This document shows, piece by piece, positions 36,939 through 46,743 of a stretch of 64,000 nucleotides of DNA. Each line of letters begins with the position of its first letter. Within the stretch, counting starts at the first letter, position 1. The stretch lies in the NCBI GenBank assembly GCA_016188475.1, contig JACPHT010000006.1, forward strand, positions 68,313 through 132,312, read 5' to 3'. Below the pieces are notes generated by a model. That model was not told where the DNA came from. It worked only from the letters and a program-made list of their open reading frames with translations, and searched no databases. A program made the translations under genes and the position numbers. The stretch is from Candidatus Uhrbacteria bacterium. GTDB lineage: Bacteria; Patescibacteriota; Patescibacteriia; UBA9934; GWF2-40-263.

Positions 36939-37298
36939 CTAGTTCTTCACTATAAGACGCTTCATGCGTTCTGTGCGATGTTTATTTTTAGGAAGCATTC
37001 TTGAAACAGCACGCCGTAAAACATCAGATGGATCTTTGCTCCACAAAGCTTTTAATCCAACCATGCGAAGTCCTTGTCCATGTGTTGTGTGGTGCCAATA
37101 AACTTTTTGATCCATCTTATTTCCAGAAAAAATAATTTTTGACGCATTCACAACTTGAACATGATCGCCCAAATCGCGATTTGGTTCAAATACAGGTTTG
37201 TCTTTTCCAATTAAAATAGTGGCGATATGTGATGCTAATCGTCCAAGTGTTTGTCCTTCAGCGTCTATTGTTTTAATGTCGCGTTGTTCTTCTCGCAT
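36939..37298 (-). CDS. rplM: 50S ribosomal protein L13
   Basis: Typical L13 sequence (LGRLASHIATIL...VVNASKI...YWHHT..). Confidence 0.9.
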   Translation of the reverse strand: MREEQRDIKTIDAEGQTLGRLASHIATILIGKDKPVFEPNRDLGDHVQVVNASKIIFSGNKMDQKVYWHHTTHGQGLRMVGLKALWSKDPSDVLRRAVSRMLPKNKHRTERMKRLIVKN

Positions 37299-37299
37299 A

Positions 37300-37653
37300 T
37301 TATTTTACAAATTCTATCTGAACCATGTCAGCTCCATCAGAAGGACGGTGACCAAGTTTGGTGATTCGAGTATATCCCCCAGATCGGCTTGCATAACGAG
37401 GACCCAAAACTTCCAGAATCTTCTTAACTGGATGTTCTGTGTAAAAAAAAGTCATGAGTTTACGACGTGTTGCAAGCGTCGGCTTTTTTCCAGAAGTTAT
37501 TGCCTTTTCAACAATCGGACGAACCATCTTTGCTTTTGCTTCAGTCGTCTTAATTTTTTCGTGTAATACAAGACTTGCGGCAAGACTTCTCATCATTGCG
37601 TTTGTTGCAGTTGCTGAACGTCCAATTTGTTTCTTAACCTTACGATGACGCAT
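37300..37653 (-). CDS. rplQ: 50S ribosomal protein L17
   Basis: MRHRKVKKQIGRSATATNAMMRSLAASLVLHEKIKTT... Confidence 0.9.
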   Translation of the reverse strand: MRHRKVKKQIGRSATATNAMMRSLAASLVLHEKIKTTEAKAKMVRPIVEKAITSGKKPTLATRRKLMTFFYTEHPVKKILEVLGPRYASRSGGYTRITKLGHRPSDGADMVQIEFVK

Positions 37654-37654
37654 A

Positions 37655-38338
37655 TTATTTTATGAGCAATGAAAAGTGATCAATCAAAAATTGCGCTGAC
37701 TGCTTCACTGCTTCCTCTGGAGTAATAGTTCCGTCAGTTTCAATCGTCATTATCAACTTGTCGTAGTTTGTAATTTCTCCGACACGTGTATCTTCGACAC
37801 GATATCCTACATTTCGAATTGGTGAAAACAAAGCATCGATTGCGATTGTTCCTAGATCTGACGCTTCTCCGGTTCGTTCCTCTGTTGGAGAGTAACCGCG
37901 TCCTTTTTTAACAGTCACCTCCAAATCGATTTTGCTTTTTGGATCTGTTGTTGTCATTATTTTCATTTCAGGATTTACGATTTCAACATCTGCATTCGAT
38001 TCAAAATCTGCTGCTGTGATTATTTTTTCTCCTGATACCGAAAGTTTGAGTGTTACTGGTTCGTCTGAAAACATTTTAAGCCTAAGAGCTTTGAGATTTA
38101 AAATAATTTCCAGTGCATCTTCCTTAACATGCTCAACCGACTGAAATTCATGATTTACTCCTTTCATTTTGATCGCTGTGACGGCGGCACCAGGAAGTGA
38201 AGAAAGCAAAACACGGCGCAAAGCATTTCCAAGCGTTGTGCCATAACCATGAAAACACGGCTCAATAATCAACACTCCTTCGTTAGGCCTCTGACCTTTC
38301 TCAAAAGTGATGGAAGATGGTAGACGAATATTTTCCAT
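37655..38338 (-). CDS. rpoA: DNA-directed RNA polymerase alpha subunit, N-terminal domain only (227 aa, no alpha-CTD)
   Basis: ALRRVLLSSLPGAAV... alpha-NTD motifs. The ORF ends about 100 aa short of canonical alpha; next gene is rplQ. Confidence 0.85.
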   Translation of the reverse strand: MENIRLPSSITFEKGQRPNEGVLIIEPCFHGYGTTLGNALRRVLLSSLPGAAVTAIKMKGVNHEFQSVEHVKEDALEIILNLKALRLKMFSDEPVTLKLSVSGEKIITAADFESNADVEIVNPEMKIMTTTDPKSKIDLEVTVKKGRGYSPTEERTGEASDLGTIAIDALFSPIRNVGYRVEDTRVGEITNYDKLIMTIETDGTITPEEAVKQSAQFLIDHFSLLIK

Positions 38339-38347
38339 ACAAATATA

Positions 38348-38962
38348 TTAACGAGAATAAAATTCAACGATCATTGTTGGATCAAAGATTTGGTCGAGTT
38401 CCTCTCCTTGCGGAATTGCCGTGACTTTTCCAGAAAATATCTTTTCATCGCGAGAAAGCCATGAAGGAAGTTTGCTTGCAGTCATTGCTTCTGGAATTTG
38501 TTTAATGATCCCTTTTTCTTTTTTATTTTCTTTGATAGTAATTTGATCTCCAATAGAAACACAAAACGAAGGTATATTAACACGCTTGCTGTTCACCAAA
38601 ATAAATCCATGACTTACCATTTGGCGCGCTTGGCGTCTTGTTTTGGCAAAACCCAGACGATAAACAGCATTGTCAAGACGCAGTTCCAAAAATTGAACGA
38701 AAGCTTCAGCTGTATTCCCTTTCTTACGGCTAGCTTTTTCAAAAATTTTTCTCATCTGGCGTTCCAAAATTCCGTAAAGCGCTTTCGCTTTTTGTTTTTC
38801 TTGCAACTGTTCTCCATATGAAGAAAGACGAGCGCGAGAACGCGCTTGTTTTGGCCCGTGAATACCGGGCGGATAATTACGTCGACGAGCGGCTTTTTCT
38901 TTTCCAAGCACAACTCCAAGACGACGTGAACGTTTAACAATTGGTGTAAAATCCTTTGCCAT
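38348..38962 (-). CDS. rpsD: 30S ribosomal protein S4
   Basis: AKDFTPIVKRSRRLGV...S4 domain. Confidence 0.9.
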   Translation of the reverse strand: MAKDFTPIVKRSRRLGVVLGKEKAARRRNYPPGIHGPKQARSRARLSSYGEQLQEKQKAKALYGILERQMRKIFEKASRKKGNTAEAFVQFLELRLDNAVYRLGFAKTRRQARQMVSHGFILVNSKRVNIPSFCVSIGDQITIKENKKEKGIIKQIPEAMTASKLPSWLSRDEKIFSGKVTAIPQGEELDQIFDPTMIVEFYSR

Positions 38963-38965
38963 ACT

Positions 38966-39391
38966 TTATATTCGACGAGGTTTAGGTGGACGGCAACCGT
39001 TATGAGGAAGAGGAGTCGTGTCCTTAATCGACAAAATTGTTAGTCCATTAGCATTCAAGGCGCGAACCGCTGAATCTCGGCCAGAACCAACACCGCATAC
39101 AAACACATTTAATTCCTTTAATCCTGTTTCTTTTGACCTTTCAACAGCGTCCTTTACAACAATCCCTGCCGCATATGGAGTTGATTTTTTCGGACCTTTA
39201 AATCCGCAGTGCCCAGCGCTTGACCACGCGAGTGTGTTTCCATTCAAATCTGTAAAAGTGACGATCGTATTATTAAACGTCGCTTGAATATACGCGCAAC
39301 CTTGTGAAACCTGACGAACCGATTTCTTTTTTCTTGATTTCGAGGTTTTCGGCGCCGTTGTTGCTTTTGATGTTTGTTTTTCCATTTCCAT
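38966..39391 (-). CDS. rpsK: 30S ribosomal protein S11
   Basis: AYIQATFNNTIVTFTDLNGNTLAWSSAG... Confidence 0.9.
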   Translation of the reverse strand: MEMEKQTSKATTAPKTSKSRKKKSVRQVSQGCAYIQATFNNTIVTFTDLNGNTLAWSSAGHCGFKGPKKSTPYAAGIVVKDAVERSKETGLKELNVFVCGVGSGRDSAVRALNANGLTILSIKDTTPLPHNGCRPPKPRRI

Positions 39392-39453
39392 AATTTTAGC
39401 GTTTCTATTCTCTTATTTCTTCCTTACCACTCGCCCCTTATCTACCCATTCTT

Positions 39454-39843
39454 TTATGTCTTTGTAAGAACACGACGACCGCTTCCAGTTGTACGCCTTG
39501 CATTTCCTCGCACTGTTCGGGAGTTTGATTTTGTTCGTTGACCGCGAGCCGGCAAATGCTTTGCATGTCTACTGCCACGATAAGAACCTATTTCTTTCAA
39601 ACGTTTTATGTTTCCGAGAACATCGCGCCTCAAATCTCCTTCAAGCCGTGTTTCAGGAACTTCCAAAATTGCACGGATCGCTTTGACTTGATCATCAGAA
39701 AGATCTTTAGTGCGAATACTTTCATCTACACCGGCTTGTTTCAAAATTTTTTGCGACATTGGTTTTCCAACTCCATAAATATACGCCAGAGCAATGACGA
39801 TTCGTTTTTCAGATGGAATATTAATACCTGCTATTCTTGCCAT
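39454..39843 (-). CDS. rpsM: 30S ribosomal protein S13
   Basis: [26 protein letters not shown]... Confidence 0.92.
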   Translation of the reverse strand: MARIAGINIPSEKRIVIALAYIYGVGKPMSQKILKQAGVDESIRTKDLSDDQVKAIRAILEVPETRLEGDLRRDVLGNIKRLKEIGSYRGSRHAKHLPARGQRTKSNSRTVRGNARRTTGSGRRVLTKT

Positions 39844-39851
39844 AATTTTGT

Positions 39852-39965
39852 TTAACCTTGACGTTGTTTGTGTTTAGGATTTTTACAAATGACAACCACA
39901 CGTCCTTTTCGACGCGTCACTTGACAATCGCGACAAATTTTTTTTGCTGATGCTCTAACTTTCAT
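39852..39965 (-). CDS. rpmJ: 50S ribosomal protein L36
   Basis: Not in the ORF track (below 60 aa). Manual translation of the minus strand gives [37 protein letters not shown]. Confidence 0.85.
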   Translation of the reverse strand: MKVRASAKKICRDCQVTRRKGRVVVICKNPKHKQRQG

Positions 39966-39967
39966 AA

Positions 39968-40189
39968 TTAAAAACGATAAACGACTCTGCCCTTAGTAAG
40001 ATCATAAGGACTGATTTCGACCTTCACCTCATCTCCAGGAAGTAATCTTATTCGAAACCTGCGCATTTTTCCTGAAAGATGGCCAAGAATCATTTGACCG
40101 TTTTCAAGCTTAATTTTAAAATTTGCGGACGGCAGAAGTTCTTCCACTGTGCCTCGCATTTCAATGAAATCTTTTGTAGACTGACCCAT
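39968..40189 (-). CDS. infA: translation initiation factor IF-1
   Basis: [63 protein letters not shown]. Confidence 0.92.
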   Translation of the reverse strand: MGQSTKDFIEMRGTVEELLPSANFKIKLENGQMILGHLSGKMRRFRIRLLPGDEVKVEISPYDLTKGRVVYRF

Positions 40190-40216
40190 AATTTAATGAA
40201 TTTGTGAGGCGGCGGT

Positions 40217-40245
40217 ATTTTACGCATTCCTGCGATTGCTGTCAA
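40217..40245 (-). promoter_or_regulatory. sigma70-like promoter of the infA/r-protein/rpoA operon (minus strand: TTGACA-N17-TAAAAT)
   Basis: Minus-strand reading of 40245..40217 gives TTGACAgcaatcgcaggaatgcgTAAAAT, about 30 nt upstream of infA. Confidence 0.5.
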
Positions 40246-40283
40246 GAAACCTCACGTGGATAATGGAAAAAGTTGTTTTTTTG

Positions 40284-42152
40284 CTAATTTAAGCTAGCTT
40301 TTATACGTCTGACTCCAGATCCGACAGACTCCTCTTTTTGAATTTTAAAGCGACCGAGTTCGCCCGTATTCTCCACATGAGGGCCTCCACAGACTTCTTT
40401 GCTAAAGGATTCACCTATAAAGTATACCTTTATCTTGCCTCCAAGTTGAGCATATTTATCATCAAAAACTCCAATTGCACCTTTTTGTTTTGCGGTTTCT
40501 AAATCTAAAATTTCAAAATGTACCGGAAGATTTTTTTGGATATTTTCGTTCACGATCGATTCGACTTGTTTGATCTGCTCGTCGGTCAATCGATCTGGAT
40601 GAGAAAAATCGAATCGTAATCTCTGGTGAGTTATATTTGAACCGCGTTGAAAAACATGATCGCCAAGAACTATTCGAAGCGCCTGATTTAACATGTGAGT
40701 TGCAGTGTGAAGTTTAACTGTTTCCGTAGAGTGATCAGCAAGTCCACCAATAAATTTTTCTGTTGATCCAGCACGAGAAAGATTTTGATGTTTACCAAAC
40801 TCTTCTGAAAAAATTTGTTTATCTATTTTCTGTCCTTTTTCTTGAGCCATTTCTTCTGTAAGTTCAAGTGGAAATCCAAATGTTGCATACAGCAAGAACG
40901 CGTCTTGACCAGAGATTTTGCCGTGTTCAGAAAATATTTTTTCAAACTCACGTTCTCCCTTTGAAAGAGTCTTGAGAAATTTCTTTTCTTCCTCATTTAG
41001 TTTATCTAAAATAATTTTGGTCTGTTTTTCAAGTTTAGGATAATTATTTTTATAGGCGTCAATCAAAGATTGAGCGATTTGGGAACAAAAAAAATCTTGA
41101 ATCTCAAGTTTATGACCAAATCTCACAGCGCGTCTAATTAAACGCCGCACAAAATATCCTTGATCTTTATTTGAAGGCGTAACACCGTCGGCGATTAAAA
41201 ATACAGAAGCGCGTATATGATCCAAAATTACACGAAAATTGAATTTAAAATCATCGTTATCATTATATTTTTTTCCAATAATACTCTCTATTTCTTTTCT
41301 CGCTTGATCAAATGCATCAATCAAAAAAATGTCTGGTGTGTTGTTTATTGCCGCTGTGATGCGTTCAAGCCCTCCTCCGAAGTCTACGTTTTTATTTGGC
41401 AACGCCTCAAAACCGGTTTCTGTTTTTTTATATTGCATGAAAACATTGTTCCCTATTTCTAAAAATCGCCCACAATCGCAGTTGACATGACACTGTTCAT
41501 CCTTGAATCGTGAGTTTTCGTGCAATTTAAGTTCCTCTCCAAAATCCCAAAACATTTCGCTATCAGGTCCGCCAGGTTCTCCAACAGGCATATTCTCTGG
41601 AACTCCAGACCGCGACCACCAGTTTTTAGTTTCATCGAAATAAAAAATTCTTCCGCTTTGCATTCCATCCCGTTCTGAAAAATCAACATCAACAGCATCA
41701 ATTCCAACTTCTGCAAATGCTTTTTTCCAAAGTTCAACAGATTCGCTGTCGCGAGGAATTCCAAGTGATTCATTGCCGCGAAAAACAGTCACAAATAATT
41801 TATTTGGATCTAGTCTGATTTCTTTTGTTAAAAATTCAAATATCCAACCGATCTGTTCTTCTTTGAAATAATCTCCAAGCGACCAATTTCCAAGCATCTC
41901 AAAAAAAGTTGTATGACGATTATCTCCAACCTCATCTATATCTTGTGCACGAAAGCATGTTTGACTGTTTGTAATTCGTTTTCCAAGCGGATGTGCCTGA
42001 CCCAAAAGATACTGAACCATTGGTTGCATTCCTGAACCAGTGAAAAGTGTTGTTGGATCGTTTTCAGGCAAAAGCGAAGCAGATGGCACAATCTTGTGTC
42101 CTTTCTTTTCAAAGAAATCCAGGTATTTTTTTCTGACATCACTAAGTTTCAT
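40284..42152 (-). CDS. alaS: alanyl-tRNA synthetase (short form, 622 aa)
   Basis: N-terminal KYLDFFEKKGHKIVPSASLLPENDPTTLFTGSGMQP aminoacylation-domain signature. C-terminal HxxxH-type editing region (HTATHMLNQALR). Lacks the C-Ala domain. Confidence 0.85.
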   Translation of the reverse strand: MKLSDVRKKYLDFFEKKGHKIVPSASLLPENDPTTLFTGSGMQPMVQYLLGQAHPLGKRITNSQTCFRAQDIDEVGDNRHTTFFEMLGNWSLGDYFKEEQIGWIFEFLTKEIRLDPNKLFVTVFRGNESLGIPRDSESVELWKKAFAEVGIDAVDVDFSERDGMQSGRIFYFDETKNWWSRSGVPENMPVGEPGGPDSEMFWDFGEELKLHENSRFKDEQCHVNCDCGRFLEIGNNVFMQYKKTETGFEALPNKNVDFGGGLERITAAINNTPDIFLIDAFDQARKEIESIIGKKYNDNDDFKFNFRVILDHIRASVFLIADGVTPSNKDQGYFVRRLIRRAVRFGHKLEIQDFFCSQIAQSLIDAYKNNYPKLEKQTKIILDKLNEEEKKFLKTLSKGEREFEKIFSEHGKISGQDAFLLYATFGFPLELTEEMAQEKGQKIDKQIFSEEFGKHQNLSRAGSTEKFIGGLADHSTETVKLHTATHMLNQALRIVLGDHVFQRGSNITHQRLRFDFSHPDRLTDEQIKQVESIVNENIQKNLPVHFEILDLETAKQKGAIGVFDDKYAQLGGKIKVYFIGESFSKEVCGGPHVENTGELGRFKIQKEESVGSGVRRIKASLN

Positions 42153-42172
42153 AGAAGAACCTTTGGGATATT

Positions 42173-43777
42173 CTACCCAAGTGTTTGAGTTGCGTCCACT
42201 TGCGCTTTTTTAAGAATCTTCTTCTGCATTGACTCGACAAACGCTTTCATCTCATCCGCTTTTAACAACCACGCTATCAAAAAGTATGCAAACAATCCAA
42301 CTCCTCCAGCAACGAGTCCTTGAAAAAACACATCAAAAAAAGTGTGCAGAGGTAAAAATAAAACCAAAACATATTTTATTCCCTGCATAACAACACCGCT
42401 GATTAATCCTGAAACTGCAAATTTTATAATTGACTGTAATATAGACGCCTCATCAAGAGATTTGATTCTTTGTCTAAGAGGAACCCATAAAAGAACAGCA
42501 TTGATAATAGCAGATAGTGAGTATGCCATTCCAAGTCCGACAACTCCAAAAGTTGGGCTGAATAAGTAAGCGCTTATAATTCCTATCAATGCTCCGACAA
42601 GTCCTGCTGTAAGAGGCGTGATGCTGTCATGAAGCGCGAAAAAAGCACGAGCTAAAATAAAAACAAAAGCTTGAGGTATAAAAGTAAGAGCAAAAAACGC
42701 AAGAGTGTCGGCCGTTAGAACTGTTGAAGTCCAATCAAAAGCCCCAGCCCCGACAACAACACGAACAATTTGAGAACGCAAAATCAAAAACAAAAGCATG
42801 AACGGAATAAGCAAAAATAAAGTTTGACGAATCGTTGAGGAAAAAGATTCACGGAAAGATTTTATATCATCATGAAGTATATGTTCTGAAAAAAGCGGAA
42901 AAGCCGCGATTGCAAATGAAACTCCAATAATTCCAACTGGAAAAAATTGAATATTGTACGCGAATTGAAAAACCGTAACGCTCCCGGTCGGAAGAGTTGT
43001 CGCTATAATCATCAAAATAAAAAACAATAATTGATTAACAACGATTCCAAGCATTCTCGGACTTGTCATTCTAACCATCTCTTTGATTTCTTTTGTATTT
43101 TTTGAAAAAACAAATTTGTGGCTATAACCAGACCTTCTACATTCTATCCATTGACTTAAAACGTGCAAAAACGCACCGAGCACAACGCCCCATGCCAATC
43201 CAATCGGTCCAAAAAATTTAGTAAAAAACAAGGCACCAAAAATAATTCCAATGTTGTAAAAAATCGGAGCAAGAGAATAAAGAAAAAATTGTTTGAAACT
43301 TTGAAGAACACTTCCAAAAACCATTGAAAAAGAAAGTAGCACTTGCGCTATCAGCATAACACGCATGAACTCACTCACTGCCTCTCGCTTAACATCATTA
43401 AACCCAGGAGCAATCAACGCACTTATTGGATTTGAAAACAATAACAAAATTATAGATAAAACGATCATGATAAGGCCCAAGATATGTAAAACTGTGTTTG
43501 TGAATTTCCATGCCTCCTCTTTTCGATTTCCAAAATATAATTCTGAAAAAAGAGGAATAAAGCTTGATGAGATCGCACCAACAACAATTAAATTAAACAT
43601 CAAATCAGGAACTTTAAATGCGGCGTAATAGACATCCAACGTGTCCCCTGCTCCAAAAGCACCGGCAAGTAAACGATCGCGAATAAAACCAACAAATCGA
43701 CTGACAAACGAAAGAGCGCCGACAATCGCGGCGGCTCCAATTATTGTTTTTGATTCTGTGTGAAGAAAGCGGAACAT
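42173..43777 (-). CDS. murJ: lipid II flippase MurJ (MviN)
   Basis: 534 aa, 14 TM helices; N-terminal AAAIVGALSFVSRFVGFIRDRLLAGAFGAGDTLDVYYAAFKVPDLMFN is MurJ-like. Confidence 0.8.
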   Translation of the reverse strand: MFRFLHTESKTIIGAAAIVGALSFVSRFVGFIRDRLLAGAFGAGDTLDVYYAAFKVPDLMFNLIVVGAISSSFIPLFSELYFGNRKEEAWKFTNTVLHILGLIMIVLSIILLLFSNPISALIAPGFNDVKREAVSEFMRVMLIAQVLLSFSMVFGSVLQSFKQFFLYSLAPIFYNIGIIFGALFFTKFFGPIGLAWGVVLGAFLHVLSQWIECRRSGYSHKFVFSKNTKEIKEMVRMTSPRMLGIVVNQLLFFILMIIATTLPTGSVTVFQFAYNIQFFPVGIIGVSFAIAAFPLFSEHILHDDIKSFRESFSSTIRQTLFLLIPFMLLFLILRSQIVRVVVGAGAFDWTSTVLTADTLAFFALTFIPQAFVFILARAFFALHDSITPLTAGLVGALIGIISAYLFSPTFGVVGLGMAYSLSAIINAVLLWVPLRQRIKSLDEASILQSIIKFAVSGLISGVVMQGIKYVLVLFLPLHTFFDVFFQGLVAGGVGLFAYFLIAWLLKADEMKAFVESMQKKILKKAQVDATQTLG

Positions 43778-44842
43778 TTATTTTTTATTCAATTTCCAAA
43801 ATACAGAACCGCCAGTTGCGAGCAAAATTACAAGAAATCCAATCAACAGATCGATATATATATTTTCCAAAGTAAAAAACGGAACCAGAACCGTAGTCGA
43901 TTCTTTTTCTGAAAGCCCGTCTTCTGAAATCTTTGAAAGTGTCACAACATAAGCGCCGCTCTTTTTGTATTCGTGCGTAGTATTTATCTTGTTTGATTTA
44001 ATTCCATCTCCGAAGTTCCATTCGTATTGAGAACTCTTGTCAATTGGTCCTACAACTGAAAACGTAAATGTATTCCAACTGTCGTGTGAATAGCCAAAAA
44101 CCGTGTGAGGTGAGAACATCAGGGAATCAGAAACGACTGGTTCTTCTTCACTTACTTTTTCAGTGTTCTGCAAATCCGCAACGACCTGATTTACAATTTT
44201 TGAAAATGTTTCCGATAGATTTGTTTGTTTCGCGTCATTTGGAAAAGAATCTTTTTTATCAACAACTCCGTCGGCATCTGTATCTTTTTGAATTGGTTTT
44301 GATCCAAGTTCTGCTTCAACCTCATCTGACAATCCGTCGTTGTCGTCGTCTTCATCACATAAATCACCTAAACCATCTGCGTCAAAATCATTCTGGTCCG
44401 CGTTCGCTAAATTTAGACAATTATCTTTTTCATCAATAACACCGTCTGAATCTTGATCGTGAACCGGTTCAAACATTCCAGTAATTGCCGTATTATTGTT
44501 CAAGTTTGTATCTGTGGGATCAGTACCTTGAATTTCTGCTCTTATATTAAAAACCCCTGATGGAACAGTAAAATCAATATACACTTCTTCAGGCAAACCG
44601 CCGCTTAATAATGAAATCACTTGAGAGTTTCCCAAAACTGTTGTGCCTTGAAAAAAAGTCACATAACCAGTGACATCTTCTTCACCAACATTTTGAACAC
44701 GCGAATAAAGTCGTACTTTTTCGCCAGAAACAAGAGTCTCTTTTGAAAACCGAATATCGCCTGCGCTAATGGAAAGATCAACGACAGCCGCGCTAACCAC
44801 CAATGGGAACATTATTAAAATTGTGAATAAAATATAACGCAT
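43778..44842 (-). CDS. secreted thrombospondin type 3 (Ca-binding Asp-rich) repeat protein with C-terminal membrane anchor
   Basis: Signal peptide; multiple DxDxDGxxDxxD repeats (DQDSDGVIDEKDNC..DFDADGLGDLCDEDDDNDGLSD); C-terminal hydrophobic helix. Confidence 0.55.
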   Translation of the reverse strand: MRYILFTILIMFPLVVSAAVVDLSISAGDIRFSKETLVSGEKVRLYSRVQNVGEEDVTGYVTFFQGTTVLGNSQVISLLSGGLPEEVYIDFTVPSGVFNIRAEIQGTDPTDTNLNNNTAITGMFEPVHDQDSDGVIDEKDNCLNLANADQNDFDADGLGDLCDEDDDNDGLSDEVEAELGSKPIQKDTDADGVVDKKDSFPNDAKQTNLSETFSKIVNQVVADLQNTEKVSEEEPVVSDSLMFSPHTVFGYSHDSWNTFTFSVVGPIDKSSQYEWNFGDGIKSNKINTTHEYKKSGAYVVTLSKISEDGLSEKESTTVLVPFFTLENIYIDLLIGFLVILLATGGSVFWKLNKK

Positions 44843-44845
44843 AAA

Positions 44846-45763
44846 TTATAATCTATGTTTTTTCACAATAAACATAACGATCGCAAACATCACTAACAAT
44901 GAAAACACGAAAATGAAAAATACAAAATCCGGTCTATGCGCGAAAGGAAGCCAAGGAACATTCATTCCATAAAAACCCGCAATAAAAGTTGGAACCATTA
45001 TTGAGGCTGAAATTATTGTCAGAAAAGTAATGACATCGTTTGTCTTATGAGAAAGTAAAGCCTCGTTAACATCGAATAATCCATCGACAAATAATTTTAA
45101 GTTGTCGGTAGATGACCAAACAGTATCGAGACTATCTTTCAAATCATCAAAATATACATTAAAATCTTCAGAAATAAATTGACGTTTAGAAACAGTGAGG
45201 TTCGAAACAATTGTGCGTTGCGGATCAATCAAATGCCGAAGGAATAAAATATTACGTCTTGTTTTTCCAAGATCAACTGTAATTTTTTTATCATGACTAT
45301 TGTTTATTGCTTCTTCAAGTCTTGCGACCTCACTTGTTAGAAATGAAACAATAGATTGAGTTTCACGAAATGCGTCCATTAAAATTCTGTAAAGCATAAA
45401 CGCTGGACCTTTCGACAAAACATTATTTCTAAACTTATTTACTTTTTCCATGTGATCATAAAGTTTTTCAATTGAAACGATCGGTTCACGAGTTAGAGTT
45501 ATGATGTTTTTATCATTCAAAAAAATATACAATTCATTTCCACCAACTGTTTTTCCATCTTTTTTCAAAACCGGAATATGGAAAGTAAAAAAAAGATAAT
45601 GTTTGTACGTGTCTATTTTGGAAAGAGATGTCCCTGCTCGGATATCGTCGTAATCAAGATGATGAAATTTAAAATTTTGTTTTAGATAATCCAAGTCCGC
45701 TTCATTGACACGGCTTATGTGAATCCAGCCGATGTCTTTTACCTCAAGTATTTTGTTTGTCAT
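44846..45763 (-). CDS. corA: CorA-family magnesium/cobalt transporter
   Basis: C-terminal two TM helices with the YGMN motif (GFYGMNVPWLPF). Confidence 0.8.
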   Translation of the reverse strand: MTNKILEVKDIGWIHISRVNEADLDYLKQNFKFHHLDYDDIRAGTSLSKIDTYKHYLFFTFHIPVLKKDGKTVGGNELYIFLNDKNIITLTREPIVSIEKLYDHMEKVNKFRNNVLSKGPAFMLYRILMDAFRETQSIVSFLTSEVARLEEAINNSHDKKITVDLGKTRRNILFLRHLIDPQRTIVSNLTVSKRQFISEDFNVYFDDLKDSLDTVWSSTDNLKLFVDGLFDVNEALLSHKTNDVITFLTIISASIMVPTFIAGFYGMNVPWLPFAHRPDFVFFIFVFSLLVMFAIVMFIVKKHRL

Positions 45764-45921
45764 ATTCGCATCAGGAATTAGATCTGTTGCTAAATAATCA
45801 TTTAGGACAAAATTATGATATTTCGAGTCAAAAGTAGAAAAACAAATTTTGAAGTTTAGCTGAGCTAAGCAGAAAAATTTTTTTTCGCTTTTGGCCGAAA
45901 GAGCAAATTTTGAACAAATTA

Positions 45922-46650
45922 TTATTTAGCAGCAGATCTACTATTGCGTTTTTTTGAATGACCAAACGTGTAATGAAAACGATTGTGTCGAATAGGACCT
46001 ATAAAAGCTGTGTGAAGCTCGGCAAGTAAATACTTAATCGCTATATTGATTCTCCCGTCACGATCGAGCCTGCGTATTGAAACAGGAATTTTTGTTTGTT
46101 TTAAAAATCCGAACTCGCCGACATCAAGAAAACGGCGCGCATAATCATGGTCTTCACAAAATGTGACACTCTCATCAAATCCTTTAATTTTGTCATGCTT
46201 GTCTTTTCTCACAAACATACAAAAACCGGGAGCGTGCGGAAACAATGATCCCCACGCGCGAGCATATGTATTATAAGCTTTATGCATGAAGTGATCTAGC
46301 AGATCATCTGAAAGAGGAAACACATCGCATGTTGCAAGATCAAGTTTCCGTTCTTTCATTTCCCCAATCGCTTTTTCTAAAAATTCTGGATCGCGCAGTT
46401 CAACATCAGCATCTAAAAAAAGAACGAATTCCGTTTTTGCGATTGACGCGCCTCGATTGCGCCCGACTCCCGGCATTCCTCCTTCTATTACTCGTGCCCC
46501 GTACGATCGCGCAATTTCTTGTGTTCGATCTGTTGATCCTGAATCTGCAACGATAATTTCAGAAGGTTGAATGGTTTGTTTGCGAATCGAATCAAGAAGT
46601 TTTGGTAAAAATTCTTCTTCGTTTTTTGTAGGAATTACAACAGTCAACAT
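45922..46650 (-). CDS. family 2 glycosyltransferase (polyprenyl-phosphate glycosyltransferase-like)
   Basis: LTVVIPTKNEEEFLPKLLDSI...IIVADSGSTDRT...FLDADV. Confidence 0.75.
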   Translation of the reverse strand: MLTVVIPTKNEEEFLPKLLDSIRKQTIQPSEIIVADSGSTDRTQEIARSYGARVIEGGMPGVGRNRGASIAKTEFVLFLDADVELRDPEFLEKAIGEMKERKLDLATCDVFPLSDDLLDHFMHKAYNTYARAWGSLFPHAPGFCMFVRKDKHDKIKGFDESVTFCEDHDYARRFLDVGEFGFLKQTKIPVSIRRLDRDGRINIAIKYLLAELHTAFIGPIRHNRFHYTFGHSKKRNSRSAAK

Positions 46651-46743
46651 AATGCAAATAGTTTAGCGAAAAAAGGGTTTATTGACAAATGAACACCGAC
46701 GCAGTAAGACTAATTTGTCATCAACTTTGGAGGCAATACGTCG

